Assembly: GCF_009914755.1 (NCBI RefSeq)
Contig: NC_060939.1
Direction: 5' to 3' (one strand)
Length of the DNA stretch: 64,000 nt
DNA from: the human T2T-CHM13v2.0 reference genome, Homo sapiens
In this document: one piece after another, positions 13,690 through 28,244 of the stretch
How positions within the stretch are numbered: the first letter of the stretch is position 1
How the letters are laid out: every line of letters begins with the position of its first letter
Notes under the pieces: generated by a model
Databases searched by the model: none
Told to the model about the DNA's origin: nothing
The model's input: only the letters and a program-made list of their open reading frames with translations
Translations under genes and position numbers: made by a program

Positions 13690-13880
13690 ATTAGAAATTG
13701 GGCTCATCCACTTATCTGTGTCATTTTGCACAAAGTAATTAAATTATCTGAAATCTGGTTTTCTCATCTGTACAATGTAACTTAAAAAATAACCTATTTC
13801 ACAGAAGCAAATGAATATTGTACATAAAATCTTAAGCCCAGAGTCTGACATATAATCAGTGTTCCAAAAAAAGAGCAGGA
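13690..13880 (+). mobile_element. MIR SINE
   Basis: CACTTATCTGTGTCATTTTGCACAAAGTAATT...GGTTTTCTCATCTGTACAATG. Confidence 0.75.
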
Positions 13881-14395
13881 GCTGCTATTTTAATTCTTAA
13901 ATGATGCTATTCCCAGTTATATTTTCTTCTAGAAATGTATTATCCATCTTGCTTATTTTTAAATCCAGCAAAGTGATGGAGCTAAGCCGTCAGCTTATAT
14001 TTTGGACCAAGAACCAGTCTCTTTAGACGAGGTTGGGTCAAGCCATAACGCATTCTAAGAAACACTAGAATTTCACATTCTGCAGAAAGGATCTATCAGA
14101 ATTATGTTTTGGTTTGTTTTGTTTTGTTTTCCAAATGCTGGCATCATTCCTTACTCTGCTCCACTTGTGTATCTCTGCCTTAGTAGAAGAGTTGCAAACA
14201 GTTTTTAGGATGTCATGCTTTGCTGTTTTTGTAAGTACAAGTAAACGTGCATAAAGTTGCCTGCGACATTAATCATTTATTTAATCCCAATATTGATACT
14301 TTTTTTCATGTTTCCCTGGGCTGCAAAAAGATAACCTAATCTAGCATAACATGCTGGCTAAGTGGGTTGAAGAATAGGAGATTTAGAAAGCTGAA

Positions 14396-14901
<506 letters not shown>

Positions 14902-15808
14902 TCAAAATCCAGTGTATCATAAACCTTAGGTTTTTGTACAATTTGCAGTACTTCCTTTCATTTTCATCTATTATGGTGGAAAAGGTGAGAAAAATGAAGA
15001 AGCTAATTACATACGTTAAAAAGTTAAGAACTGAGAAAAGCTAATAGCAGGCTTCTGTCTTGAATCTTGTCAGTTTCTTCTGCTCTCCAAATTGGATGTG
15101 GTTACAAAGAAGTGGTTTGTCTTCAAGTCAGAACGTTCTACAGGTGAAAGGAGACTTATATAATTAGTATGCTCTCTGCAGTAGCTAACTCAGAAAGAAA
15201 AAAAATGGGTTTAAAATTATGCCTTTGAGGCCCTGGCTTGGGTTTTTCATAATTGGATACAAATACAGGACCCTGGAAGGGAATTACTGAGAGATTTATT
15301 ACAGGATTATCTAATCATAGATTTTAAATGGCAGACTTCTGTGAGTGCCAAGAAACCACAGGATTTTAAAGCATAGCTGTGGTTACAGAAGAATGAGCTA
15401 CCACCTGAATGTCTGTATCTGGTTATCAGAAGGCTAGGTTTGTTTATTTAGTCATGGATCCATCCACTCTTTTATTAGGACATCACATAGCACCTGCTGT
15501 GTGTTAGACAGTGTTGTGGGTTGATAGTTAAAGAACCCTTGGTCCTTGAGAATGTGATCTCATTTAGAAATAGGGTCTTTGAAAATGTAATTGAGATGTA
15601 AGGTAAGGTGAGGTTGTACTGGTATAGGGTCGGCCCTTAATGCGATATAACTGGTGACCTGATAAGAAAAGGAGAAGCACTCTTGGACCAGACAACCAGA
15701 GAGGAAAACGCCATGTGAAGACACAGGCACAAAGAGGGAAGAACACCTTGCGAAAACATAGGCAGAGGTTGGAGTTATGCAGCTGGAAGTTAAGAAATGC
15801 CAAGGATT

Positions 15809-16105
15809 GGCCAGGCGTGGTGGCTCACGCCTGTAATCCCAGCAATTTGGGAGGCAGAAGCCGGTGGATCACCTGAGGTCAGGAGTTTGAGACCAGCCTG
15901 ACGAACACAGTGAAATCCTGTCTCTACTAAAAATACAAAAATAAGCCGTGTGTGGTGGTGCATGCCTGTAATCCCAGCTACTCAGGAGGCAGAGGCGGAA
16001 GAATCACTTTGACCTGGGAGGCAGTGAGCCAAGATCAAGCCATTGCACTCCAGCCTGGGCAACAGAGTGAGACTGTCGCGAAAAAAAGAAAAGAAAAGAA
16101 AAAAA
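15809..16105 (+). mobile_element. AluSx-like
   Basis: GGATCACCTGAGGTCAGGAGTTTGAGACCAGCCTG; small internal deletion in the right arm; 17-bp TSD AAGAAATGCCAAGGATT at 15792-15808 and 16407-16423. Confidence 0.92.
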
Positions 16106-16406
<301 letters not shown>

Positions 16407-16725
16407 AAGAAATGCCAAGGATTGCCTGCAACGCCATAAAACAGAAAGAGCCATAGAAATATTCTTTCCCAAGACTTCAGAAATATGGTCCTGCCGACAT
16501 CATGGTTTTAGACTTGAGACTTGAACTATGAGACAATAAATTTCTGTTGTTTCAAGCCATCCAGTTTGTGGTACGTTGTTACAGCAGTCCTAGAAAACTA
16601 ATAGAGACGGTATGCAGGGTGCTGGCTGTACTGAGATGAACACATTTCCATCCCTGTTCTTCAGTAGCTCCCAACCAAGTGGTCAGAGGCATAGATGTGA
16701 GGCAGAATTTACATATCTAAAGTAA

Positions 16726-17039
<314 letters not shown>

Positions 17040-17369
17040 AAGAGTTTTATGGAGATACTAACTTGGTGTTAGGGAGCCCCAAAAGAGGGGCATACGAAAG
17101 CTTTTCAGAAGAGATGCTTTTTGCGTGCACTTCAAAGGATGGTTAAAAATTTGCCAGACAGATGACAGGATATTATGTAGTTGCTTCAGAAGTGAAAATT
17201 CTGTGCTGGAGAGAGATGATGGTCAAGAGAAAGCGATTAGAAAATAGTCCCTACTTTGCATGTGATAGCCTTGAGTAGCAATTAAAGTGAGTGTTTTCTC
17301 ATCTTTGACAAAGACGTTAGCAAAGATGATGATGAAGATAATGATAATGATGATGAAGGTATCTTTTGC

Positions 17370-17530
17370 CATTTTACTCAAGCAGCTACTCTTAAATTGG
17401 ACATTTTCTTCTTTAATTCTCTCAGCAAGTCTGCTTAGGAACTATTACCATCTGCATTATGCAAATGAGAAAACTAACTCTCGAAGAGTTTAAATAACTC
17501 TCCTAAAGGCTCCACATCTAGTAAGCAGAA
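17370..17530 (-). mobile_element. MIR SINE
   Basis: TATTACCATCTGCATTATGCAAATGAGAAAACT...GAGTTTAAATAACT...ACATCTAGTAAGCAGAAG. Confidence 0.7.
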
Positions 17531-18229
17531 GCAATTTATGATATGCCCTTCACCTCTGTGGTGTGTGTCTTTTTAAAATCATAAGCTAAAAAAAAAAAAA
17601 AATCACAGTCCCCTGAGGTTCTGCTCTTCTAGAGTTGATGGTAGATTTCACTTTGCACGTGAATCATCTCAGCCTTTGAAATTAAGTTCTGCTGTGGGGG
17701 CCCTCTCCACAGTCACCTCTAAGACTGCATTTATTCATTTATATTTATTCCTTCAACACATGTGCCAGGCACTATGCTAGGTGCTGTGTGTCAGATGACA
17801 CTGTATATCCTGTTTCCTTTACGACAGTAGGCCTTTGACAGATTTCTGTTTTCTCCTGTGGGGCAGACCAGCGCTGTCTTTGAATTCTGCTTTTTAAAAT
17901 GCACTGGATGTCAACCAGATTTAACCAGATGGGCTTCTCCACCTAAAAGTTATCAGACAGCTGCATGAAATAAAGCACACTCATTGATCTGTGAATATGC
18001 TGGACGTTTCTTTTGTTTTCTAATTTGCTTAGCACTTACGTGGATATTGGTAACTTACATATGTCTTAGGGATTCAGATACCTTCCTGAGAATGTCTAGT
18101 CATACATAAGTCTGTAAAGTGTTTAACAACAACAACATCAACATCCCTTTAGCTCTTCCAGATTTCAAAAGGTTAAAATGTAATTGACACACAGTCCCAG
18201 CCAAGCAGAGGCTCAGGAGACACGAGGAT

Positions 18230-18755
18230 AAAATGTAGTGCGGACTGTGTGTGAGATCCTGGGAAAGAAAAGAATCTTCAGTAAAAAATGAAGGAAATCT
18301 GGAAAAAATATGGACTTTAGATCATTATAATATATACATATTGTTTCATTTATTGTGACAAATGTACCACCCTAATGTAAATATAAAAGGACTCTGCGAA
18401 GGGCTCAGAGATGGGTCCTGTGAAGTGGTAGAGGGAGAGTGTGGGGGAAAGTGCAGCATCGCTGGCTGCTGACCAAATGTAACCTCGCAGATGAGAAATG
18501 GAGCTTGCATTTAGTAGATCTTCTCGGCAACCCTACCCACACACGTCTCTGGCTCTCCTGCATCGCCCTTGAAGCTTAAAGTCCAACAGTAATTTGCAAT
18601 TTGTGCTCACTTAGGTTTGGACACTGGGGTGAGAGTGGGATTGGATATCAGATGGATAATAAGGGAAGCTGGGTGTAGGCTATGTGAGAACTCTGTATCC
18701 TCTTTGTAATTTTTCTACAAATGTAAAACTATTCTAAAATTAAGAAAAAATTAAA
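18230..18755 (+). mobile_element. L1MC/L1MD-type 3' end, interrupted at 18386-18654 by a copy of nearby unique DNA
   Basis: GATCCTGGGAAAGAAAAG...TGTGACAAATGTACCACCCTAATGTAA [insert] ATAATAAGGGAAGCTGGGTG...GAACTCTGTATCCTCTTTGTAATTTTTCT..AAATGTAAAACTATTCTAAAAT. Confidence 0.8.
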
Positions 18756-19910
18756 CATAATTGACATAATAGCTATTTACATTTTTCTCTGGGTGATTCA
18801 CTCTCTGTCCCTTAATTTGAATTCTTGTTGACTTTTTCAGGCATTTTTCTGTGATTTAGGAGGAGCTGCGTGTGCTGGCTTCAGGCATTTTGGGTTGAAA
18901 AGCTGAATTCTTGTCCTGTGGTATTTCTGTCAAATGTGAGAAATTGATAGATAGGAACATATGAGGAAGAACCCTGCCCAGGACTCTCCCAAGAAAAGGT
19001 GAAAAGTATGTAAGATTCCTGCCAAGAAGCCTTGAGGAAAATTCCTCCCTGAACTGAAATTTATTGACCAAGGAAACTCAATCTCCATCTCAATCCACTT
19101 TAAGATTTTAAGATAATCTCAAAAGCAATATTGCACAGCGTGTATATCACCGTGTTCCCTAAAAGTACTTTCAGAGTGAAATTGTCAGAGGGGAAACTTT
19201 TAACTATTGCTTTTTCAAGTGAAAATTATTCTTATTTTTTCCATTGGATAACAATAAGTCCTCATTTTAGAAAACATAAAATTGACAGCATTTGGAAAAG
19301 AATAATTAGTGCTTTTGTTAACCCAGAGATAAAACTGCTAACGTTGTGGGGCATTCCTTTCAGTTTGAGAAAGTCTTGCTTTATAGAATTCTTGGTTCAT
19401 TTATTGAAAAATATAAATTCTGAAAGCATTTTCTAAAACAAGTCATCTTGTCTCCAGGGATTCTGTTTTTCTTCAAATTTGTTTTTTTAACCAAACTTGA
19501 GAAAGTTTGGGATTTTTGGTAAGCATGAAAATGTCTTTAGTTCTAGCCCGCTGGCAGTGTGCGGAACCCAGCACAGTCTCTCCATTCCCTCACCTCCTTT
19601 TCTGCCCCAGCTGACTGTGCTCTGTAGAGGCCTCATGGAGGAGCAAAGGACTCTGGCAAGGGCTCAGAGATGGGTCCTGTGAAATGTTAGAGGGAGAGTG
19701 TGGGGGAAAGCGTCGCTGGATGCTGGCCAGATGTAACCTGGCAGATGAGAAATGGAGTTTGCATTTAGTAGATCTTCTCGGCAACCCCACCCACCCACAT
19801 CTCTGGCTCTCCTGCATCCCCCTTTGAAGCTTAAAGTCCAACAATCATTTGCAATTTGTGCTCACTTAGGTTTTGGACACTGGGATGAGAGTGGGATTGG
19901 ATATCAGATG
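18386..19910 (+). repeat. Dispersed direct duplication of ~270 bp (18386-18654 and 19645-19910)
   Basis: Both copies run AAAGGACTCTG...GGGATTGGATATCAGATG; by-eye alignment gives about 17 substitutions and 3 indels (about 92% identity). Confidence 0.97.
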
Positions 19911-21720
19911 ACAAGATGATGGAGGAGGCAGCATGAAACCCCCGGGAAAACAACAAGGGCTTTCCCACAGCTGCGTCTGAATCCTTAGTATCTGTGCATT
20001 GTTGCATAAATTATATAACTTTGCTATACTTCAAGTTTTAATTTGTAATACAAAGATTAAAATATCCATCTCATGGAACTGTTGTATGTGTAAAGTTGAG
20101 ATACTATGTGGAGGACCTGGCATATTCATTGGCACATGCTTGCTGCGTAATAAATGCCAGTTCTATTATATTCACTTTGCTTATCTTACCTGTATTTCCC
20201 TTGGTTTTGGTCCAAACTTCACTTACCTGCACAGCTTTCCTGATACCTTTTGTTGAAGTTACAAAAATAAGGAAGAAAATTCTACTTTAAGTACCATTTG
20301 AGAGGACATTTGTTGGTGTTTGCTTTTTGGTTTTTTGATTTTTGGTCTTTGGTTACTTTATTTTCAGCCTGTTTAGAGATTTAATGTTTTAATTATTTTC
20401 TGTTGTAAAGACTGAAAATAACTCCCCAAGCGTTCAGCTGTTATAAGTCCCAAGCTGGACGGTTTAGTGGAGAAAAGTCAATCTGTTTTGCAATTTGACC
20501 TTGTGTAGATACAGCAAATCATCTGATTTATTGGCTCTTTCTTTCACAAGCTGCGCATCTTGATGCAGTGTTATGTTACTTTGTTTTCACCCTGTTCACC
20601 AGAAAAAAAGAAAAAAAGAAAGTCATCGTGGAATGAAAAAGAGGGATCTGATATTTTCTCAAAGTCAAGGACAGTATCCCTGAATTTAAAACAGCTCTCA
20701 GGTGCAGTTGCGCATGGCTGGCTGTTGTTCTTGCCCAAAGTTCCATAGTCATTCATGCTGGTCATGCTATCAAGCCTGAACCTAGCTTTCACAGTGAAAG
20801 ATAGCCCGTGCCCTTGGGCCTCTCCCGAGTCTGCTTGAAGTGTGACCTACATCACATTAAAAGCCAGTTTGTGCCCAGGACTACATCATCCCACAAGAGG
20901 TCTGCAGGCTAAGGGCAAGAAGCCATGAAACTTTTCTTTTAAGCAATGGGCTTTACCACCTCATAGTGTTTACATTTTTAATAGGTGATGAGAGAATTTG
21001 CAATAGTCTGTGTACATCTTGACCCAAAGATGGAATGATTTGAAGAGACCCTGACCTTATATGAATAGTTGCTGTTCATGCCCCTGTACCTATTCATCAC
21101 TGGAGAAGTCTGAGCTCATGTCTACTTTTTAATACACAAAGAGTCCATAAATTCAACAACGGTCCAACCATTCTTCTAGATCATTAAATTATATAGTGAG
21201 ATTTTATCATACAAGTCTTGGCCTTCGAAATTCATCATTTTGAAGAAAGATTGTGGTTATATGTAGCTGTAAAATTATTCCCATATAAATATTCTACTTG
21301 GAAAGAAATGCAATATTCACTCTAACAGAAAACAGTGACAAACAGAATTAACTTTCTATTGTTTGACATGTGACAATGATCTTATCTTTCATTGTGAGAA
21401 TAAAGGTAAAGGCTTCCTATTAATTAAAGGTTAGCAAGTATATTGCAGAAGCTTGAAGCTGAATTGCTAAATGGCTGATAAAATTATTAGTTAGGGAACC
21501 ACAAAAGGTATCTTATTTTTGCCTGATGCCAAGGTGCTGCAAAAGCTTTTGCACAGCAAAGGAAAAGTCACAGATTTTAAAAGCACCGTAAAGGTGGACA
21601 TAAATATGAAATGAAATCCTTGCATTGTTTTAGTTTTACTCCAGCAATTTATTGTCAGCTTGTCCTTTAAATGTGCTGCAAGATTTCACAATCATAAAAA
21701 TCCTGAGTTCCAGAACAGAC

Positions 21721-21843
21721 TAGAGTGGTCATACAGGTTGGCTTCACAGGTCTAGACAAGACTGGCCTGAAACTGTCTCAACACCCTAAGAACTCAAGGA
21801 TAGAGAATCAACTTTGTCCCCTGGTATACCTGATTACTAGCTA
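21721..21843. mobile_element. Possible degenerate hAT-Blackjack MITE (MER81/MER94-like)
   Basis: TAGAGTGGTCA...GTCCCCTGG...TGATTACTAGCTA loosely resembles TAGGGTGACCA-type terminal inverted repeats. Confidence 0.3.
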
Positions 21844-22049
21844 GAAAATTTTTAAAGAGTGAGTCTTATCCCACAGCATAAAACCATTTTATGTATTTTA
21901 ATTGTTCATTGTGGAGATGGAGCATGGCTTACACTGGATTAATCAAGTGACCTATAATATGCTGAGTGTTCTGCTGTCTGTGGGTATTAACAGATTTAAC
22001 TGGACCAGAAAAAAATAAAGGTTATACCTGGTTGGCTAAAAATATTTGG

Positions 22050-23770
22050 AGCTCAAATTGCTTTGCATGGCATTCAAGATTCTTCAGAATCGGGCTCCAA
22101 TTTACAAGGCTTCCGCTACATAAATTGTTCCCCATTCTCTGATGATGTTATGTACTTTTTCATCTCTGAATCATTATTTTACGTGCCCTGCTCTCTATGC
22201 CCTTCCCTCCCCATTAGCTGATGAATTCCTCTTCATTTGTCAAACTTCAAGTCACAAGTCACCTTGCCTTAGCAGCCTTCTTCAATTTTGCCATCCACTC
22301 CCCTGGCCTGGGAGAAGATATGACTCCCTTTATCTTCCAATGCACATTACCCAGTATCTACTCTCATCTCTCTACTCTCAAAGTACTTTGTTTAGAAGAT
22401 ATACTCCTTGAGTACAAGGTCCTTCTCTGTTTTCATCACTGCTCCAATTTAAAGGCCAAACAAAACACCTAACGACATGTAACAGGCACTTAATAAATGC
22501 TAGCCACATCATTCACATGGGTATTATTCTACCTATGTACAATATCTAGCGTATCTATTTCTAATACTGTGAACAATGGAGGCAGTTACCATTTTATGTT
22601 CATCTTTTTATTTCTGCAATATCTATCATCTCATTGTTGAACGAAAAGAATAAGTTTACTTGTGAGGCACCGTGTAAGCATGTTCTTTAAGAAACTTTTG
22701 GAAATAAAAAAGTAATCCCAGCACTGCGAAGGTTTTGAATAATGGAGAGCTGTCTGATGGATACAGAGTCTCATCTTGGGGATGCATTGCAAGGACTGAC
22801 ATTTCCTGAGTGTGTCTCTGGTCTCTATTCTGTCCCTTTTCCTCTTTTTCCCCTTCTAGACAGTAAATCCCACTTCTACCTCTTTAGGTCAGACTGACAC
22901 TCTGTGTTTCATATCTTTATTTCCAGTTGCCATCTCAATATTTCCATTTTTATTTTCTACCGCTATGTCAATCACAATGCATCTAAAATCAAACTCATAG
23001 TTACCATCCTGAAATCTCAGCATTCCATACCTCAGTAAATAAAGCCCCCTTGAGTCTTTGCTTTCTCACAGATCCCATATCCAATCAACCACAGAGTTCT
23101 GTTCTACCAACTAAACATCTTATTGCCTAAAGATTTCTTGCAAGTATTCACTCCTCCTCTCTAGCCTCACTGTCATTGTCCTTTGTCTTGGTACAAGCCA
23201 CAATGATCTTTTGCCTGAATAACAGCCACAGTCTCTCCAATTGGTTTTGTTCCAGTTCAATTCCAGAAATTCTTTGCATTGAAATAAAAATTACCTACCT
23301 TAAAAACTGAAATCTGATACATCATCTCCTGACTTGAAAACCTTGAGTGGCTTTCCATTGCTTTTCAGATGATCTCTAAGTCCCTCGGCACGGTTACTAG
23401 TCCTTGCATTATATAGTCTGTCTGCCTTTGCACCTCATTCTCTCCCACTCAATTTGCTCCAGGATCTGGCCCACTGGGATAGCTTCAGGGCTAGAATATG
23501 CAGTGCTCTCTATGGACCTTGCACTGAGTGGAACATACTTCCATGATTACCCTGTACCTTGTCATGTAACTGCTACTAACTTCAAATCTTTGGATCTCAT
23601 GTTAAGCACCTTCAGTATGGTACTCTCTGACCTCCAATGCTTGATTAGGCCTCCTGGTAATATGTTCTCAAAGCACCTTTTTCTTTCATATCCTATCAAC
23701 CATCATATGTTACTGTCAGTATGCAACTTTCTGTCTTCTCTTCTAGACTGTCAGATCCATGAGAGAAGAG
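22050..23770 (+). mobile_element. L2 LINE fragments
   Basis: CATCTAAAATCAAACTC, CCCATATCCAATCAACC, AAAATCTGATACATCA..CC..TTGAAAACCTTGAGTGGCTTTCCATTGC, CTAGACTGTCAGATCCATGAGAGAAGAGA; more than one fragment. Confidence 0.75.
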
Positions 23771-23772
23771 AT

Positions 23773-24255
23773 TGTATTAGTTTTCTATTGCTACTGAAAC
23801 ATATTATCGTTGACTTGGTAGCTTAAGCAACAGAAATTTGTTCTTCCATAGCTCTAAAGGCTGGAAGTCCAAAATCAGTATCACCAGGTTGAAATCAAAG
23901 TATCAGTAGGGCTGCACCTCATTCAGGGGTTTAGGGGAGAATACTTGTCTTACCTCTTCTCGCTTCTTTTGGCTGCAAGCTTTCCTTGGTTTGTGGCTGC
24001 ATCATTCTGATCCTCAAGGCCAGCATCTTCAAATCTTTCTCCGTTCTGTCTTCATGTTACCTTTTTTTTTCTCTGTGTCAGATCTCCCTCAGCCTCTTTC
24101 TTATCAGGCAACATGTGATTACAGAGTAAGCTCCACATGTCAGTATTTTTAATTTAATTACATCTGCAAAGTCTCCTTTTTCATGTAAAGTAGCATTGGC
24201 AGGTTCCAGAGATTGGGACCCGATGTAACTGGGGACCACTATCCAGCCCACCACA
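23773..24255 (-). mobile_element. MLT1C2/MLT1D-like LTR
   Basis: TGTATTAGTTTTCTATTGCT...GCTTAAGCAACAGAAATTT...GGCTGGAAGTCCAAAATCA...TTAATTACATCTGCAAAGTC...TATCCAGCCCACCACA. Confidence 0.85.
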
Positions 24256-24582
24256 CTGCTGAGTTCCTGACTTTTGTCTTAGGGTCTGACTTAGACGTGT
24301 GTGTGTGTTCTATGATTTTATGTGTCATTTCATCTAAAACTTTTAAATATATGTAACATTAAATATTTTTATTGATTGGCTTCAGTGTGCCCTTTGTTGT
24401 AGATACATTTACTTCAGGTACTCAGGCTAAAAACTCAGATATCTTGCCTTTCCCCTGTCACTGGGAACAGGTCCAACATCTTGTAACTCTGTGAGTTACA
24501 AGTTAGGTTCAGCTGACTCCACAACTCAGCCTAATTTCTTAGGGATCAAGCCCTCTTGGAAATGGTAGAAGCAGAATGGAGC

Positions 24583-24583
<1 letters not shown>

Positions 24584-24627
<44 letters not shown>
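24584..24627. repeat. (AAT)~14 microsatellite
   Basis: Pure TAA repeat. Confidence 0.97.
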
Positions 24628-25074
24628 TACTAGTGCAAGATAAAGCTTCATTACCTTGGCTGAAAGGCAAGATAAGGATAATTTTCCAGGGATATAGTAA
24701 AGCAAATAGCAGTCTATTTGGTGAAAAGGAGTTGGGGATATGAGGTAAGAGCCATTACCAGCTTCATGAAATGATAATATTGATGTAGGTGAGCTTTAGT
24801 TTTTATCCCAACAATAAAATAAAAAATTCTATCAAGCATATGTTTCTATTCAATACTATTTTTATTGCAGGAAATATAAGGCTTTTTATGGGGCCATAGT
24901 CCTCTCCTTTTAGGCTATGAATACTACATCATCTTTCCTTCTCTCTTATCTTGGGGAGGCTAACAACCGTATCGCTTTCATCATGTGGATCCCAGATCTT
25001 CTGATGCCCGGCTGGAATCCCTCTCATCGAGATTGGATCAACAGTTATTGAATTTGATGCATCAAAGTCTCATA

Positions 25075-25480
25075 TTTAATCTTATTTTATTACCACAATA
25101 AACCTTTGAGGAAGATATTCTTATTCATCCCATTTTAACAAGAGTCTGTTCGAGTTCATATCTGATAGGTGCATAAGCAGTAGTTTAAGATTTCAGTAAC
25201 TTGAAAGCTAGACATCTGCACTTATTTCAAATTCCTCAGGTTTGGTAGCTAGGAGAGGAAATGCTATCCGTTGAGCAATCAGTTGATATCATATACCATG
25301 CTGAGGACACAGCAGTCCTCGGGACAGTCACACAACCCACATTTTATACCATTGTTTGGGGCTGATGAGAAAATAGGTTTAGAGGACTTTCCCTGAAAAC
25401 TCAGAGGGAGTAAGTGGCAGAAGTGGGTCATGAACTGAGGGCCGTGTCTTTAAAAATACCAGCCATTTCCTTCTACTGTG
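25075..25480 (-). mobile_element. Two degenerate MIR fragments
   Basis: CACAATAAACCTTTGAGGAAGATATTCTTATTCATCCCATTTTA; GATGAGAAAATAGGTTTAGAGG...GTAAGTGGCAGAAGTGGG. Confidence 0.6.
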
Positions 25481-25509
25481 TTGCCCTCAATTTAAAAGTT
25501 GCAATTTTT

Positions 25510-25810
25510 GAAATAAGCTAGAAACAGAAGGACAAACACTGTATGATTCTACTGCGTGAGGTACCTATGAGTAGTCAAATTCATAGAGACAGAAAACAGA
25601 AGGCTGGTTGCTGGGGGCTGGGGAGACAGGGAGAGGTGGCTATTGTTTAATAGTTGCAGAGTTTCAGTTGGACAAGATGAAAATATTCTGGAGATGGGTG
25701 TTGGTGATAGTTGCACAACAGCATGGATGTACTTCATGCTACTGAATTGTACACTTAAAGATGGTTGAAATGGTAAATTTCATATTCTATTTTACTGCAA
25801 TGAACAAATG
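25510..25810 (+). mobile_element. L1MB-type 3' end
   Basis: GGACAAACACTGTATGATTC...GAGGTACCTA.GAGTAGTCAAATTCATAGAGACAGAAA...ACTGAATTGTACACTTAAAGATGGTT. Confidence 0.88.
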
Positions 25811-26036
25811 TGATTTTTTCTATATAGGTTCACTAGTAAAGTGAGAGATTGTTTATGAAGGCCAAGGACACAAGCACAATATTTGAGAGTCAGAAGAAAT
25901 TAAATAGCATTTTGCTTCAAAGAGAAGGTCAAATAAGCACATTCATCTTTCCCATCTCAGAACTCGTTATTATTTTTATTGTAAAACCCTTCCAGAGGCA
26001 AATTTTCTATCTGAAAGGCTGATTAAGAATCTTCCT

Positions 26037-26347
<311 letters not shown>

Positions 26348-27222
26348 AAGAATCTCCCTTTTTTTAAAAAAGCATTTGTCCTCCAATTACTGAACCTGAA
26401 GGTATCATAATGAGCAAAATGTAAACTGTTTGGAGAAAAGTATTTGTGCAGAACACAACCTCTGTTTTTATGGAGTGTTTTTCATTTAAATGATCTGATG
26501 CAACCTTGAAAGGGGATGCCTGCAATAAGGCTTTCTCACAGTGCAGGTATTGCAAGAGAAGAAATTGTGAGCCGACATCTAACGTAGATGAAGAGAGATA
26601 AAGCAGTGAATACAAATAAATACATGAATACCACGAGGTGTCTATTACTTTCATGCACCAAGGAACTAGAACTGGTGATTAAGCAGATGGATCTAAATTC
26701 TACAATTTTTGCTTTTTGATTTTTCCCTTGGTTCTATCTCCCTAGGGAACCATTCAGCTCCAATTAGCTTTGGTTGCCAGGTCCATGATATTGCAATTCT
26801 CTGAGTCAAGTAGGCACCAAGCCCGTTTTTGCTTGGTTTAGCTGAAAAAGATGTAAATTAGGAGTAGCAGATTGGCTGTCTTTTTTTTGTAGGTCTGGAC
26901 TGTCCTAGGCACTACATATTAAGATGATCCCCTAATGCTAAGGAACTGAATGAAGTAGTTTTAATGCATCTATATCTGGCACCTGTGAAGCCAATAGTAA
27001 GTGAGGAGTGCTAAGTAGCTATCGTTTTGAAAATAAATTACACATAGATTTAACTTTGCTTTATTTGAAACAGACCAGTCTTCATTGTAGGGAAAGAGAG
27101 AGACACTTCACCTGAATGACAGTTTAATAGCAAATAAGGTGAAAATGGGCTAATAGAGGAAGAATCTCCTGGGGGAGGGGTGACAGTGGATATGAATCAA
27201 TTGTTGACATGGGTTTAAATCA

Positions 27223-27225
<3 letters not shown>

Positions 27226-27257
<32 letters not shown>
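27226..27257. repeat. (GT)16 microsatellite
   Basis: Pure dinucleotide run. Confidence 0.97.
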
Positions 27258-27258
<1 letters not shown>

Positions 27259-28244
27259 GTGGTGTTGTGGTTGTAGCTGCCGAATCGTGTTTGGATATTT
27301 GTGAGCCGGTAGCACGGTTAATCTGTAGGCACTATCTGCATGGATTGGTTTAATGGTGTGTGTGTACAGTGGGGAGGGGAGACCCTACAAGGAACGTTAT
27401 TCGTAAAAGCTTGAAGGCAAAGCTATGGGGAGTGGGTGGGGCAGTGCTGGGGAGGTGCAGAGCCCTGGACTCTGTCTATTTTCAGGAAGATCTCCTTGGA
27501 TAGAGGTTGAGCCTTTGCAGGAAGCCAAGGTGGGCAGGAGACGAAGGTGAAACATTTTTCCCTAGGGACCCTGTGAGACTTGGGACCTGCTGTGGGTCCA
27601 GATGAGAGAATGTGACATAGAGTTGAGAAGGCAGTATTCTCTCTTCTTCTTGGAACATAGTTTGTCTCTGGTACGGCGATAACCAAAGGGGAGGAATAGC
27701 TGTTTGGGTTGGTGACTTTGGGAGATCCAAGCAACGGCACCTCTGGCACAGAGGTCAGTTTTCTCAAGAAAGATCCTAGGATCTCAGGAAGTGACATCAG
27801 CAAGAGGCCTGTGGCAGACCATGGAAGATTTGTGCATACATGTGCAGCAATCTGAGGACCTCCCAGAAATGGCGAGAAAGGCCTGGGAGTTGGAGGTCCT
27901 GCCACCTCTAGGCAGGAGTCACACACCAGGGAAGCATGGATGATTCCATGCCAATGCTCTACAAACCGACAATGCCCCGGAGAATGCTGGTTACTTTCTG
28001 TTTCTAACCAGGACTTTGCATGCCACGTGTTAATTCCATATATCCAGTCATCGTCTTTTTGCGATTTCAGAGAAACCAATGTAGAGAACTCTGTTTCTAA
28101 CAAATGTCTATTCTTATCATAAAAAATAACCTACTTTGCCTAAACAAATGCTCTGTTGCTCTCAAACATCATCGCCTCTGACCTTCACTGCACACCTCAG
28201 ACAGGTGCTGTAATTGTTAAGATGAGAGAAAAGGGCAAGGAAAT

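Noticed and set aside
27898-27912. CTCF-like motif CCTAGAGGTGGCAG (minus strand)
   Set aside because: Mismatch at a conserved core position; not supportable without ChIP data
27423-28103. Longest ORF in the track (226 aa, minus strand) in non-repeat DNA
   Set aside because: Non-ATG start, Pro/Ser/Leu-rich composition typical of non-coding frames, no recognisable domain and no clear splice or promoter context; PhyloCSF or Ribo-seq support would be needed
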